Part shown: piece after piece, positions 38,944 to 48,580 of the stretch | Position numbering within the stretch: the stretch's first letter is position 1 | Layout of the letters: each line of letters opens with the position of its first letter | Assembly: GCF_029265375.1 (NCBI RefSeq) | Contig: NZ_JAJUJJ010000010.1 | Span: forward strand, 11,531 to 75,530 | DNA: 64,000 bases | Direction of reading: 5' to 3' | Source: Nesterenkonia sp. | Lineage (GTDB): Bacteria > Actinomycetota > Actinomycetes > Actinomycetales > Micrococcaceae | Position numbers and translations under genes: made by a program | Notes under the pieces: generated by a model | What the model saw: the letters and a program-made list of their open reading frames with translations, nothing else | Database searches by the model: none | What the model was told of the DNA's origin: nothing

Positions 38944-39368
38944 CGCGCGCAGTGCACAGCGATGAATCAGGTCAGACGACGGTGCTGATCCTCGGGGTGG
39001 TGGCCGTGGTACTGATGCTGACCGCCGCCATCATTTCGGCCACCTCCGTGAATCTGGCCGCCCGCCAGCTGCTGGCTGAGGCCGATGCGGCCGCCTCGGC
39101 AGCCGTCTACGCGGCGCAGACCGGCGGCACGGTGCCCCGGGCCAGCTCCGCAGAGGTGCTGGAGGCGGCTGAGGAGCACCTGCTGCGCTCGGGAGCCCAC
39201 CAGCGGCACACGGAGCTGCAGGTCAGCCGGGCCTGGACCTCCGACTCCGGACAGACGGTGCATGTGGAGCTCACCGCCACAGCGGAGCTTCCTGTGCTGC
39301 GGTGGGTGCTGCCGGCCCAGGTAGAGGTGACCGCCGACTCCCACGCTCGGGTCACCGTCCACCGCTGA
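38940..39368 (+). CDS. TadG-like pseudopilin
   Basis: [10 protein letters not shown] (no Glu+5), [13 protein letters not shown]. Confidence 0.8.
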   Translation: MTRAVHSDESGQTTVLILGVVAVVLMLTAAIISATSVNLAARQLLAEADAAASAAVYAAQTGGTVPRASSAEVLEAAEEHLLRSGAHQRHTELQVSRAWTSDSGQTVHVELTATAELPVLRWVLPAQVEVTADSHARVTVHR

Positions 39369-39412
39369 GCCTGAGCGAATCGAGAAGCTGCGACCGGTAT
39401 CGTGGTCACGTT

Positions 39413-40525
39413 ATGGCAGACACAGACTTTCCCGCCGAGCTCGCCGAACTGCGCGATACGCTGCGGCGCATCACCGATGTGATCGATATTGAGGCGCTGC
39501 AGGCCGAGGTCTCGAGCCTGGAGCAGCAGGCCGCCGATCCGAACCTGTGGGACGACCAGACCAACGCGCAGCGGGTCAACAGCCAGCTCAGCCACAAGCA
39601 GGCCCAACTGGATCGGGTCACCAAACTGGGCCAGCGCATTGATGACGCCGAGCTGATGGCAGAGATGGCCGCCGAAGAGGACGACGACGACGTCCTGGCC
39701 GAAGCTGCCCAGGAGCTCGGCTCGATCCGCAAGGCGCTGGAGTCCCTGGAGATTGTCACCCTGATGTCGGGGGAGTATGACGAGCACGACGCCGTGGTCA
39801 CCATCCGCTCCGGCGCCGGAGGGGTCGACGCCGCTGACTTCGCCGAGATGCTGCTGCGCATGTACACCCGCTGGGCCGAGCGCCGCGAATGGGACGTGAA
39901 GGTCCTCGACACCTCCTACGCCGAAGAGGCCGGCCTGAAGTCGGCGACCTTCGAGATCAAAGCCCCCTATGCCTTCGGCACCCTCTCGGTGGAGGCCGGC
40001 ACCCACCGGCTGGTGCGCATCTCCCCGTTCGACAACCAGGGCCGGCGCCAGACCAGCTTCGCCGCCGTGGAAGTCATCCCCCTGCTGGAGGGGACCGAGT
40101 CGGTGGACATCGATGAGAACGACCTGAAGATCGACGTCTTCCGCTCCTCCGGACCCGGCGGACAGAGCGTGAACACCACCGACTCCGCAGTGCGGATCAC
40201 TCACCTGCCCACCGGCATCGTGGTCTCCATGCAGAACGAGAAGTCGCAGATCCAGAACCGGGCGGCTGCCATGCGCGTGCTGGAGGCCCGCCTGCTGCTG
40301 CTGAAGAAGGAGGAGGAAGCAGCAGAGAAGAAGGAGCTGGCCGGAGACATCAAGGCCAGCTGGGGGGATCAGATCCGCTCCTATGTGCTGCACCCCTACC
40401 AGATGGTCAAAGACCTGCGCACCGGCTACGAGGTGGGCAACACCTCTGCGGTGCTCGACGGCGACCTGGACGGCTTCATCGAAGCCGGTATCCGCTGGCG
40501 GGCGCAGGGCAGCGACGGCGAGTAG
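39413..40525 (+). CDS. prfB: Peptide chain release factor 2
   Basis: [36 protein letters not shown]; uninterrupted frame. Confidence 0.98.
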   Translation: MADTDFPAELAELRDTLRRITDVIDIEALQAEVSSLEQQAADPNLWDDQTNAQRVNSQLSHKQAQLDRVTKLGQRIDDAELMAEMAAEEDDDDVLAEAAQELGSIRKALESLEIVTLMSGEYDEHDAVVTIRSGAGGVDAADFAEMLLRMYTRWAERREWDVKVLDTSYAEEAGLKSATFEIKAPYAFGTLSVEAGTHRLVRISPFDNQGRRQTSFAAVEVIPLLEGTESVDIDENDLKIDVFRSSGPGGQSVNTTDSAVRITHLPTGIVVSMQNEKSQIQNRAAAMRVLEARLLLLKKEEEAAEKKELAGDIKASWGDQIRSYVLHPYQMVKDLRTGYEVGNTSAVLDGDLDGFIEAGIRWRAQGSDGE

Positions 40526-40545
40526 CGCCCCAGGGGCCATAGCCA

Positions 40546-42291
40546 ATGATCCGCTTCGAGCACGTTACCCGGCACTACGGCGATGCCGACTCCCCGGCGC
40601 TGAGCGACATCTCCGTGGAGTTCGGACGCGGGGACTTCGTCTTCCTCATCGGCGCCTCCGGCTCGGGCAAGTCCACCCTGCTGCGCATGATCCTCCGCGA
40701 GGGCCTGCCCCAGCAGGGAAAAGTCACCGTCGCCGGGCAGAACCTCAGCCTGATGCTGCCCAAGCGCGTGCCGGAGTACCGGCGCAGCATCGGCATGGTA
40801 TTTCAGGACTTCCGCCTGCTGCCCGACAAGACGGTCTATGAGAACGTCGCCTTCGCCATGCAGGTCATCGGCGCGCCCCGGCAGGCAATCCGCAAACGGG
40901 TGATGAAAGTGCTCTCCCGGGTGAAGCTGGACCATCTGGCGAAGCGGTACCCGCATGAGATCTCCGGCGGCGAGCAGCAGCGGGCCGCCATCGCCCGGGC
41001 GATTGTGAACTCCCCGGCGATCCTGCTGGCCGATGAGCCCACCGGAAACCTGGACCCGCGTGCCTCGGCAGAGGTGATGAAGATCCTGCGCTGGATCAAC
41101 TCCTCCGGAACCACGGTGATCATGGCCACCCACGACCGCGCCATTGTGAACCGGATGCGCCGCCGGGTGGTGCAACTGCACAACGGACGCCTGGTGCGTG
41201 ACGAGCCCGGGGGGCTCTACGATCCGCCCGAGGGCTCCCAGGCGTGGGAGATCCTGTCTGCCGAGGAGGCCAAGACCGGGCTGCGCGCCTCCGACCCGAT
41301 GCCCGTGCGCACCGAGCTGAACCCGGTGGTGCCGGCCATGGTCTCCGCGCGGGAGCTGGACGAGGCGGGCGAGTCCGAGACGGAGCCTCAGATGGAGGAG
41401 CAGGGCCATCAGGGTCAGGCCGGCGAGCCGGAGAAGGCCGGCGGTCACGCGGAGCCCTCCCGAGCCGCTGCGGCAGCCTCCTCCGGTGCAGGGGCTGCGG
41501 CAGCCGGCCTGGATGAGCGGCAGCGGCTGAAGGTCAACACCTACCGGGTGACCTGGCCCGAGGATGAGGACACCTCTGAGACTGAGCAGTCTGCCTCCGC
41601 CGTGGATGCTGCGGACATACCGAGCTTTGAGGACGAACCGGACACCGACGCGCTGACCAGCCTGCCCCCGCAGGCCACCGAGGAGAACCAGGCCCCCGAG
41701 GCTCAGGAGCCGGAGATTCCGGCTCCTCAGACACCGGCGGGGGAGGCCCCGGAGCCCAAGGCCCCGACTCCCAAGGCTCAGGCCCCCAAGGCTCAGGCCC
41801 CCGTGCCCCGCGCGCCCGAGTCTCAGCCCCACGGGTCGTCGGCGCGGGAGGCCCAGACGTCCCAGTCCCCGGCGGGGGAAACCCAGGCTCGGCCACGCCC
41901 CCAGCAGCCGACGTCGTCGTCCCGGTTGAGCTGGCTCAGCCAGGCAGCCGAGGACTCTGCCGCTCCGCAGCGCGCCGGCCACCCCGACTCTGCACACCAG
42001 AGCCCGGGTCAGAGGCGGGGGCCGGGGGAGGGCCGCGATCGGAGCCAGGAGCGCGCCACATCTCCGGTTCCCGCGGCCGACCGGCCTGAGGCAAGCGCCC
42101 AGAAGCCCCAGGCCGCCCCAGCGGAACCGACAGAGACGCAGGCCGAGCCGCCGCGTCCGGTACCGCGCCTAGTGCCGCGCCCGCGGGCCTCGGCCGCTGA
42201 GGCCACCTACACAGACTCCCAGCGCACGGCCGAGCAGCTCAGCTCCTCCAAGGGCGGGCTGTTCCGCAGGAAGAGGAGGCGGCGCACATGA
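40546..42291 (+). CDS. ftsE: Cell-division ABC ATPase FtsE with a ~350-aa C-terminal extension
   Basis: GASGSGKS, VFQDFRLL, ISGGEQQR, LLADEPTGNLD, ATHD; prfB-ftsE-ftsX-smpB synteny. Confidence 0.93.
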   Translation: MIRFEHVTRHYGDADSPALSDISVEFGRGDFVFLIGASGSGKSTLLRMILREGLPQQGKVTVAGQNLSLMLPKRVPEYRRSIGMVFQDFRLLPDKTVYENVAFAMQVIGAPRQAIRKRVMKVLSRVKLDHLAKRYPHEISGGEQQRAAIARAIVNSPAILLADEPTGNLDPRASAEVMKILRWINSSGTTVIMATHDRAIVNRMRRRVVQLHNGRLVRDEPGGLYDPPEGSQAWEILSAEEAKTGLRASDPMPVRTELNPVVPAMVSARELDEAGESETEPQMEEQGHQGQAGEPEKAGGHAEPSRAAAAASSGAGAAAAGLDERQRLKVNTYRVTWPEDEDTSETEQSASAVDAADIPSFEDEPDTDALTSLPPQATEENQAPEAQEPEIPAPQTPAGEAPEPKAPTPKAQAPKAQAPVPRAPESQPHGSSAREAQTSQSPAGETQARPRPQQPTSSSRLSWLSQAAEDSAAPQRAGHPDSAHQSPGQRRGPGEGRDRSQERATSPVPAADRPEASAQKPQAAPAEPTETQAEPPRPVPRLVPRPRASAAEATYTDSQRTAEQLSSSKGGLFRRKRRRRT

Positions 42292-43205
42292 GCACGCTGT
42301 TCTACCAGCTGGGCGAGACCCTGGGCTCATTGCGGAAGAACGTCGCAATGGTGGCTTCAGTGGTCCTGGTGACATTCATCTCGCTGGGATTCGTCGGCGC
42401 CGCGGCGCTGATGCAGATCCAGGTCAACCAGATGACGCAGGACTTCTACGACCGTCTGGAGGTCAGCGTCTTCCTCTGCACCGACGGCTCGCCCGAAACT
42501 GCATGCCCCACCGGGGCGGTGACCGATCAGCAGCGCGCCAGCATCGAGCAGATGCTCGACGACGGCGCGGCCAGTCAGTACGTGAGCTCCTGGCGCTACG
42601 AGAGCCAGGAAGAGGCGCTGGAGAACTTCCAGCAGGCGCGCGAGGGAAGTGTGCGCGCAGCCAACGTGACCGCCGAGGACATGCCCGAGTCCTTTCGCCT
42701 GCTGCTTCACGACCCGGAGGAGTACCCGATCGTGACTGAGCTGTTCGGCTCAGTGCCCGGAGTGGAGAATGTGGCCGACCAGCAGGAGGTGCTGGACCAG
42801 ATCTTCGGCATTCTCAATGGCCTGACAGTGGTGGCGCTGATTATCGCGGCGGTGATGATCCTGTGCACTGTGCTGCTGGTCTCCACCACCATCCGGCTCT
42901 CAGCCTTCAGCCGCCGCAGGGAGACCTCCATCATGCGGATGGTGGGGGCATCGAAGTCGATGATCCGCACCCCGTTCATCTTTGAGGGCATCATCGCCGC
43001 CGTCTTGGGGTCGCTGCTGGCGTGCGCGGCCACCTGGGTGATTGCTGAGCTGCTGATCGGCCAATGGCTGGCTGAGCAGGTGACCGGCATTGCGTTCATC
43101 ACCGGCATGGACGCGTGGATAGTGATGCCCGCACTGGTGGTGATCGCCGTGCTGCTGGCCGGACTCTCCTCCTGGGTGACAGTGCGGAAGTACCTGCAGG
43201 TATAG
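42288..43205 (+). CDS. ftsX: Cell-division permease FtsX
   Basis: TM1, large extracellular domain, RRRETSIMRMVGA...PFIFEG. Confidence 0.93.
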   Translation: MSTLFYQLGETLGSLRKNVAMVASVVLVTFISLGFVGAAALMQIQVNQMTQDFYDRLEVSVFLCTDGSPETACPTGAVTDQQRASIEQMLDDGAASQYVSSWRYESQEEALENFQQAREGSVRAANVTAEDMPESFRLLLHDPEEYPIVTELFGSVPGVENVADQQEVLDQIFGILNGLTVVALIIAAVMILCTVLLVSTTIRLSAFSRRRETSIMRMVGASKSMIRTPFIFEGIIAAVLGSLLACAATWVIAELLIGQWLAEQVTGIAFITGMDAWIVMPALVVIAVLLAGLSSWVTVRKYLQV

Positions 43206-43265
43206 TGGGCACTCGGCTCCACACCGGAGCCGACGTCGTCAGCGCTGTGCAGGGAGGTGACACCG

Positions 43266-43766
43266 GTGGCGAAGAAGAAGCGTCCAGGGCCGAAGGATCC
43301 GAAGAACCACGTGGTGGCGCTGAACCGGCGCGCGCGCCATGACTACACCATTCTGGACACCTATGAGGCAGGCCTGGTGCTTACCGGGACTGAGGTGAAG
43401 TCGCTGCGCGAAGGTCAGGCCTCCTTGGTGGACGGGTTCGCCGCCTTCGACCACAGCGGGGAGCTGTGGCTGGAGCAGGTGCATATCCCCGAGTACCTCA
43501 ACGGCACGTGGACCAACCACTCCACACGGCGGAAGCGGAAGCTGCTGCTCAACCGCAAGGAGCTGGTCAAGATTTCGCGGCAGATCGAGGATCCGGGCCT
43601 CACCGTGGTCCCGCTGAGCCTGTACTTCAAGGACGGCCGCGCCAAAGTGGAGATCGGCATCGCCCGGGGTAAGCGGGAGTTCGACAAGCGGCACGCCCTG
43701 CGTGAGAAGCAGGACGCCCGCGAGGCGCAGCGCGCTATGCGCATACGCAATCTGCGCTCGGTGTGA
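43266..43766 (+). CDS. smpB: SsrA-binding protein SmpB
   Basis: [46 protein letters not shown] before GTG 43266. Confidence 0.98.
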   Translation: MAKKKRPGPKDPKNHVVALNRRARHDYTILDTYEAGLVLTGTEVKSLREGQASLVDGFAAFDHSGELWLEQVHIPEYLNGTWTNHSTRRKRKLLLNRKELVKISRQIEDPGLTVVPLSLYFKDGRAKVEIGIARGKREFDKRHALREKQDAREAQRAMRIRNLRSV

Positions 43767-43776
43767 GCGCTGCGGC

Positions 43777-44253
43777 TCAGCCGATGATGCCGGCCATATA
43801 GCCCAGGAAGATCAAGCCCACCAGCAGAACCACCACGATCACCGCGACCGTGATGATCACATTGGACTTCGGCGGTTTGGTGGGAGCCGGCGCCGGGGGA
43901 GTGGCCGTGGCTGAATTCGACTCCGGCGGCGTCTCGCCGGGATCCAGATCCCCAGAACTGGGCGGGCCGGGGCTTTGCGAACCGGCGTCGGGATCAGAGC
44001 TCTGCTGCGGATCTGGGTCGAGATTCGGATTGCGGGCGGACTCATTCCGCCCGTACCGGTCTGAGCTGGGGGCACTGTCGGCCGCCTCGCTGCTGGTCTC
44101 CTGGGGCGCGGGACCGGGATTCTCCTGCCGGCGCGGGCCTGCGTCACCACGCTGCGGCTGTGCGTTGCCCGACGTCTCGGTGGATCCCAGGTTTTGAGTG
44201 GTCCAGTCGGCGGGGGCCGGGTCTGGGCGATTCTCTTCCGGTGTGCTGGTCAT
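43777..44253 (-). CDS. Hypothetical protein: disordered N-region with a C-terminal TM anchor (DUF6480-like, tentative)
   Basis: GAAGGTG RBS before ATG 44253; DPGETPPESNS motif followed by one TM helix. Confidence 0.65.
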   Translation of the reverse strand: MTSTPEENRPDPAPADWTTQNLGSTETSGNAQPQRGDAGPRRQENPGPAPQETSSEAADSAPSSDRYGRNESARNPNLDPDPQQSSDPDAGSQSPGPPSSGDLDPGETPPESNSATATPPAPAPTKPPKSNVIITVAVIVVVLLVGLIFLGYMAGIIG

Positions 44254-44424
44254 GCCGTTCACCTTCTCGTATCGCATAGACAGCTCGTCACCCACCCTAA
44301 ACAGCCGAAACTGCAGGTCAGGTCGGCGTCAGCTCAAAGATTCGTCAACGTTTCCCGGCTGCGGTCGTGCAGGCCCGTCGCCTGGCCCGCTGGGCCCTTC
44401 CCTGCTGCCATCCCGGGCGTCGAC

Positions 44425-44498
44425 TGGCCGATTTACTGCGGCTAATCGGCGTTATCGGCCGTTTTGCGGTAGTAGATCCGCCAGTCAATGTGGGGAGG
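44425..44498. repeat. Dispersed twin-hairpin repeat, copy B
   Basis: tggccgatt-tactgcggct-aatcggc-N15-gcggtagtagatccgcca; matches 242..313. Confidence 0.8.
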
Positions 44499-44510
44499 AG
44501 CCTGGGCGCG

Positions 44511-44550
44511 AAAAAGGGGCCGACCCCACTTTGTGTGAAGCCGGCCCCTG
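44511..44550 (-). terminator. Intrinsic terminator of ssrA
   Basis: On the minus strand aggggccgg...tcggcccc followed by a T-run. Confidence 0.75.
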
Positions 44551-44571
44551 TCTCGCCTGCGGCGATGGTGA

Positions 44572-44948
44572 TGTGGAGACGCCGGGAATCGAACCCGGGT
44601 CCGATCTGGACTTTCGTGGGCTTCTCCGAGCGCAGTCTGCGTCAGCGTGTTGCTCGGTCCCAGGCGTCATGCAGACAAGCGCCTGACGGACCCAGTCGCA
44701 TCAATTGTCGAGGACCCTCCCTGCGACGAGGAGGGACTCTCCAGTGGCCATCTAGCTGATGCCAGTCACTGAGCCGATGGCTAACTCAGGCTGACAGACT
44801 CGCGTCGCTGCAATCAGGCAGCGAGGGCGAAGTCAGTGCGCTTAGATTCGGCACTTATTGGGTTGCACAAGCGGTTTTAACGTGGTCGCTTGGCGTCCAC
44901 GGCTCGCTTCCCCACGATCACCTCAGATCGTCGAAACCGATCGTCCCC
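44572..44948 (-). ncRNA. ssrA: tmRNA
   Basis: 5' GGGGACG pairs with 3' CGTCTCC-A; T-arm GGGTTCGATTCCC; tag ORF 44852-44814 encodes AESKRTDFALAA-stop; promoter TTGCAG-N17-TAGACT. Confidence 0.97.
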
Positions 44949-45143
44949 ATATGTGTTTGTCAAACAAACTCCCGCCTGCGGCGGGCCTTTCAGTCTATAC
45001 AACCAGCCAAAGGGCTGCAATGTTCCCGACCTCGGCTCCGCGACCCACAGCAGCTCGACGGCGGCAGTCAGGCTGCTGGAACTGCGGGCACCGAGGGGCA
45101 GAAGGGGCGCGGGGCCAGGGTGCTCGGGCAGCGGGGGACGGCG

Positions 45144-45518
45144 TCAGCCGACCATCCAGCCCAGCCACGCACCCAGCGCCGCCGCCGGCAGGCCCGCGCC
45201 CACATGCACCAGCCAAAGCCCGGCAGCGCTGATCCGCTCGCCAGCCACCCACAGCTGCGCGGCACGCAGCGCCAGGGTGGCGAACGTGGTCAGCGCTCCG
45301 AAGAATCCGGCAGCGCACAGTCCCAACACCAGAGGATGCCAGCCGGCACCCCCTGCTGCGGCGATCCCCAGCATGACCCCCAGCAGCAACGACCCGGCAG
45401 TATTGGCGATCAGCAGCCCACCCGGCAGATAGGTGTCCAACAGGTACCTGGCCACCGCACCGAGGCCACCACCCGCGGCCACTGCGAGCACCACCGGAAG
45501 CGAGAGCTCCACAATCAT
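45144..45518 (-). CDS. crcB: Fluoride channel Fluc/CrcB, subunit 2
   Basis: GGGLGAVARY, ANTAGSLLLG, GFFGALTTFAT. Confidence 0.88.
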   Translation of the reverse strand: MIVELSLPVVLAVAAGGGLGAVARYLLDTYLPGGLLIANTAGSLLLGVMLGIAAAGGAGWHPLVLGLCAAGFFGALTTFATLALRAAQLWVAGERISAAGLWLVHVGAGLPAAALGAWLGWMVG

Positions 45519-46048
45519 GGCTGCCCCCCGGCCCCGCCAGCGGCATGCTCACAGTCCAGGCCGGTGCAGCCGAAGATCGCCCGGCCCACTGTCACCCCCG
45601 CCGCAGCCGCTGCAGTGCAGAACAGCACCGACACGCCCACATACGCCAGGATCTCCCACAAGCCCGGGGGAATGACGTCATCGCCGGCGGTCTGAGCAAA
45701 CAGGTCGCGCTGCTGAGACGCCACGGCCGCCACCATGACCGCAGAGAACGTGGTGAAGGATCCCAGCAGCCCGGTGCCGAGCACCGGAACGGTCCAGCTG
45801 GGAAGCGACCGCCACACATGGGCCACCCCCACCAGCAGCCCGAGGGCCGCCGAGCCGAGTGTGTTGATCAGCAGCGTGGCCCACGGGAACTTCATGAAGT
45901 GCTCCTCGAACGGCACCCCGATCACCAGGCGCAGCACCGAGCCGGCGGCTCCTGCCGCTGCGATCCAGACCAGCAGCTTCAGCAGCGGCAGCCCCTCGCG
46001 GCGCTGAGGTCCGCCAGCATCGGCGGCGCGGTCTTCAGTGGTGGGCAC
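45515..46048 (-). CDS. crcB: Fluoride channel Fluc/CrcB, subunit 1
   Basis: GAAGSVLR, FPWATLLINTLGS, GLLGSFTTFS; TATCCT-N7-GTG start at 46048. Confidence 0.88.
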   Translation of the reverse strand: MPTTEDRAADAGGPQRREGLPLLKLLVWIAAAGAAGSVLRLVIGVPFEEHFMKFPWATLLINTLGSAALGLLVGVAHVWRSLPSWTVPVLGTGLLGSFTTFSAVMVAAVASQQRDLFAQTAGDDVIPPGLWEILAYVGVSVLFCTAAAAAGVTVGRAIFGCTGLDCEHAAGGAGGQP

Positions 46049-46075
46049 GAGAACCAGGATAGACCGCAACGCCCC

Positions 46076-46789
46076 CTATGCGGCGAGACTGACCCGCACG
46101 GCGTGGGCCACCTGGTGATTCAGGTCCACGTTGTGGTCCTCCCCGCCGTCGAGCACCACATCCCCGGAGCTCGAGGAGATCACCCGCATCTCGGCGCCGA
46201 TCGCGATCCGCCGCTCCGCCAGGGCGTGCAGGGCCTCCGGGACAGAGTCGTCCACCTGCTCCACCCGCACCGTGGACTCCTCGGGGACCCGACACAGCAG
46301 GGTGGTCTCCGGGTACTGCAGGCTCAGGTCGGCGGCAGGGATGGGATCCCCGTGGGGGTCGGTGGTGGGATGGCTCAGCTTGGCGTCCAGCCGCTCGATG
46401 AACGTCTCAGAGACCGCATGCTCCAGCCGCTCGGCCTCGTCGTGGACCTCGTCCCAGCCGTAGCCGAGTTCACGCACCAGCCACGTCTCGATCAGCCGGT
46501 GCCGGCGCACCATCGCCAGCGCCAGGCGCCGTCCCGCCTCGGTCAGCCGCACCGGAGCATAGGGCTGGTACTCCACCAGGCCCAGCTCATCCATCTTGCG
46601 GATCATCAGCGTGACCGAGGGATTGGAGACGCCCAAGTTCTTGGCCACCGCGCTGGCGGTGACATCGGCCCCCTCCCATTCAGAGAGCCCATAGATGGTC
46701 TTGGCATAGTCCTCCACCGACGTGGTGGCCCGCTCCGTGCCGCCGCTCGGCGGCAGGGTGGATCGGCCCTGGGCGGAGGTGCGTGGCAT
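46076..46789 (-). CDS. mntR: DtxR-family Mn-dependent repressor (MntR/SirR type)
   Basis: SVEDYAK, RRHRLIE, VHDEAERLEH, PTTDPHGDPIP, C-terminal FeoA domain; start at ATG 46789. Confidence 0.88.
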   Translation of the reverse strand: MPRTSAQGRSTLPPSGGTERATTSVEDYAKTIYGLSEWEGADVTASAVAKNLGVSNPSVTLMIRKMDELGLVEYQPYAPVRLTEAGRRLALAMVRRHRLIETWLVRELGYGWDEVHDEAERLEHAVSETFIERLDAKLSHPTTDPHGDPIPAADLSLQYPETTLLCRVPEESTVRVEQVDDSVPEALHALAERRIAIGAEMRVISSSSGDVVLDGGEDHNVDLNHQVAHAVRVSLAA

Positions 46790-46799
46790 GGCACGTATT

Positions 46800-47669
46800 C
46801 TACGCGGGCCGGGTGCGGGCTCGACGACGACGACGCCGCCGCAGCAGCTGCGCGGCGAGCCCACGCCGGGGTGAGAAGAGGTAGGCGAGGCCGAACAGCG
46901 AGGCGGCCACCAGCACGATCGACCCGCCGGTGGAGACGTCCCACCAGTAACTCGTATAGACCCCGATGGTGGCTGCTGCTGCGCCGGCGGAGGTGGCCAC
47001 GATCAGCATCACCGGGAAGCTGCGGGCCACCAGGAACCCGGTAGCCCCGGGGATCACCAGCATCGCCACCACCAGGATCACTCCCAGAGTCTGCAGGGCG
47101 GTGACTGTGGTCAGCGCGAGCAGGCCCAGCAGCGCGGCGGTGAGCACCCCGGTGCGCAGGCCGATGGCCGCCGCATAGGTGGGGTCGAAGGCCAGCAGCG
47201 TGAAGTCGCGGCGCTTGACCAGCAGCACCGCCACCGTCACTGCCGCCAGAGCGCCCACCTGGTAGAGGTCGGTCCGGGATGTGCCCAGCACATTGCCGAA
47301 CAGGATGTGCTGCAGGTGGGTGGAGGTGGTGACCGTCGAGATCAGCACCAGCCCGGCGGCGAACAGGGTGGTGAAGACCACCCCGATGGTGGTTTCTCTC
47401 TTCAGGGCGGTGGTCTGGCCCAGCGCTCCGATCAGCGCCACCGCGAGCAGACCGAAGACGAATGCGCCGATCCCCAATGGGATGCCCAGGGCGAAGGCCA
47501 GCACCACCCCGGGCAGCACCGAGTGGGCCACCGCCTCGCCCATCAGTGACCAGCCCATCAGCACTAGCCAGCAGGAGAGCATGCCGCACACTGCAGCGGA
47601 TATCACCGCCACGGCCAGGGCATTCTGCATGAAGTCATACGCCAGAGGCGCCAGCAGCAGCTCGCTCAT
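46800..47669 (-). CDS. Mn/Zn/Fe ABC transporter permease
   Basis: GEAVAHSVLPG, HILFGNVLG, AFDPTYA, GVILVVAMLVIPG. Confidence 0.92.
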   Translation of the reverse strand: MSELLLAPLAYDFMQNALAVAVISAAVCGMLSCWLVLMGWSLMGEAVAHSVLPGVVLAFALGIPLGIGAFVFGLLAVALIGALGQTTALKRETTIGVVFTTLFAAGLVLISTVTTSTHLQHILFGNVLGTSRTDLYQVGALAAVTVAVLLVKRRDFTLLAFDPTYAAAIGLRTGVLTAALLGLLALTTVTALQTLGVILVVAMLVIPGATGFLVARSFPVMLIVATSAGAAAATIGVYTSYWWDVSTGGSIVLVAASLFGLAYLFSPRRGLAAQLLRRRRRRRARTRPA

Positions 47670-48580
47670 CGGACCTCCTCCGCCTCGTCGGGTGGCTGGT
47701 GGACCCCGCTGGCGCCGTCGTCGGGGGAGTGTCGAGACGGGGCGCCGGAGGTGCCGACCTCGGGGGAGAGGCGCGTGACGGCACCTGAGGCGCCGTCGCC
47801 GGGAGCAATTCCGGAGGAGGCGGGGTCATGGCGGGCTGCAGGCGCGGGGGTCAGCGCGGATCCGAAGGCGCGGGCCAGCTGCTGCTCGGTGAGGACCTGG
47901 CTGGGCGGCCCGGAGGCCAGGACGCGCCGGTGCAGCAGGACGACCTCATCGGCCAGCTGCTCCACGCCTTCCAAATGGTGCGTGGAGATCAGCACGGCAG
48001 CCCCGGCATCGCGGAGGGTGTGCAGCACCTCGATGATCAGCGACTCCGAGGTGCGGTCCACTCCTGCGAACGGCTCGTCCAGCAGCATCAGCGGGGCGTC
48101 CTGAGCCAGGGCGCGGGCCACGAACGCGCGTTTGCGCTGCCCGCCGGAAAGCTCGCCGATGCTGCGCCGGCGCAGGCTGATCAGTCCGGTGCGCTCCAGC
48201 GCGTGGTCCACCGCCCGGCGATCAGTCTGACGAATGCGGCGGAGGAAACCCATATGCGAGTAGCGGCCCATCATCACCACCTGTTCCACGGTCAGCGGAA
48301 AGCTGGTGTCCACCTGCTCATGCTGGGGGACGTAGCTGACCTGGTTGGCCCGACGCGCCCGCGCCGGGGGCTGGCCGAAGATGCGCACCGTTCCGCGCAG
48401 CGGGGGCCGCAGGCCCAGCAGGGCGGCGAACAGCGTGGACTTGCCCGAGCCGTTGGCGCCCAGCAGGGCGGTGATCCGTCCCCGGTTCAGCTGCAGACTG
48501 ACGTCCTCCAGGGCGGTCACGCCCGGGTATCCGGCGGTCAGCGACTCGACCCGCACAGGGTCAGCGGCGGTCTTACTCAT
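47666..48580 (-). CDS. Mn/Zn/Fe ABC transporter ATP-binding protein
   Basis: GANGSGKS, YVPQ, LSGGQRKR, LLDEPFAGVD. Confidence 0.92.
   Translation of the reverse strand: MSKTAADPVRVESLTAGYPGVTALEDVSLQLNRGRITALLGANGSGKSTLFAALLGLRPPLRGTVRIFGQPPARARRANQVSYVPQHEQVDTSFPLTVEQVVMMGRYSHMGFLRRIRQTDRRAVDHALERTGLISLRRRSIGELSGGQRKRAFVARALAQDAPLMLLDEPFAGVDRTSESLIIEVLHTLRDAGAAVLISTHHLEGVEQLADEVVLLHRRVLASGPPSQVLTEQQLARAFGSALTPAPAARHDPASSGIAPGDGASGAVTRLSPEVGTSGAPSRHSPDDGASGVHQPPDEAEEVR

Noticed and set aside
39413-39520. Programmed +1 frameshift in prfB
   Set aside because: The frame is open from ATG 39413 with no CTT-TGA slippery site.
44500-44600. Prophage or genomic island integrated at ssrA
   Set aside because: No integrase and no duplicated ssrA 3' end anywhere in the window.
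46049-46075. Fluoride riboswitch before crcB
   Set aside because: The gap is under 30 bp and has no riboswitch core sequence.
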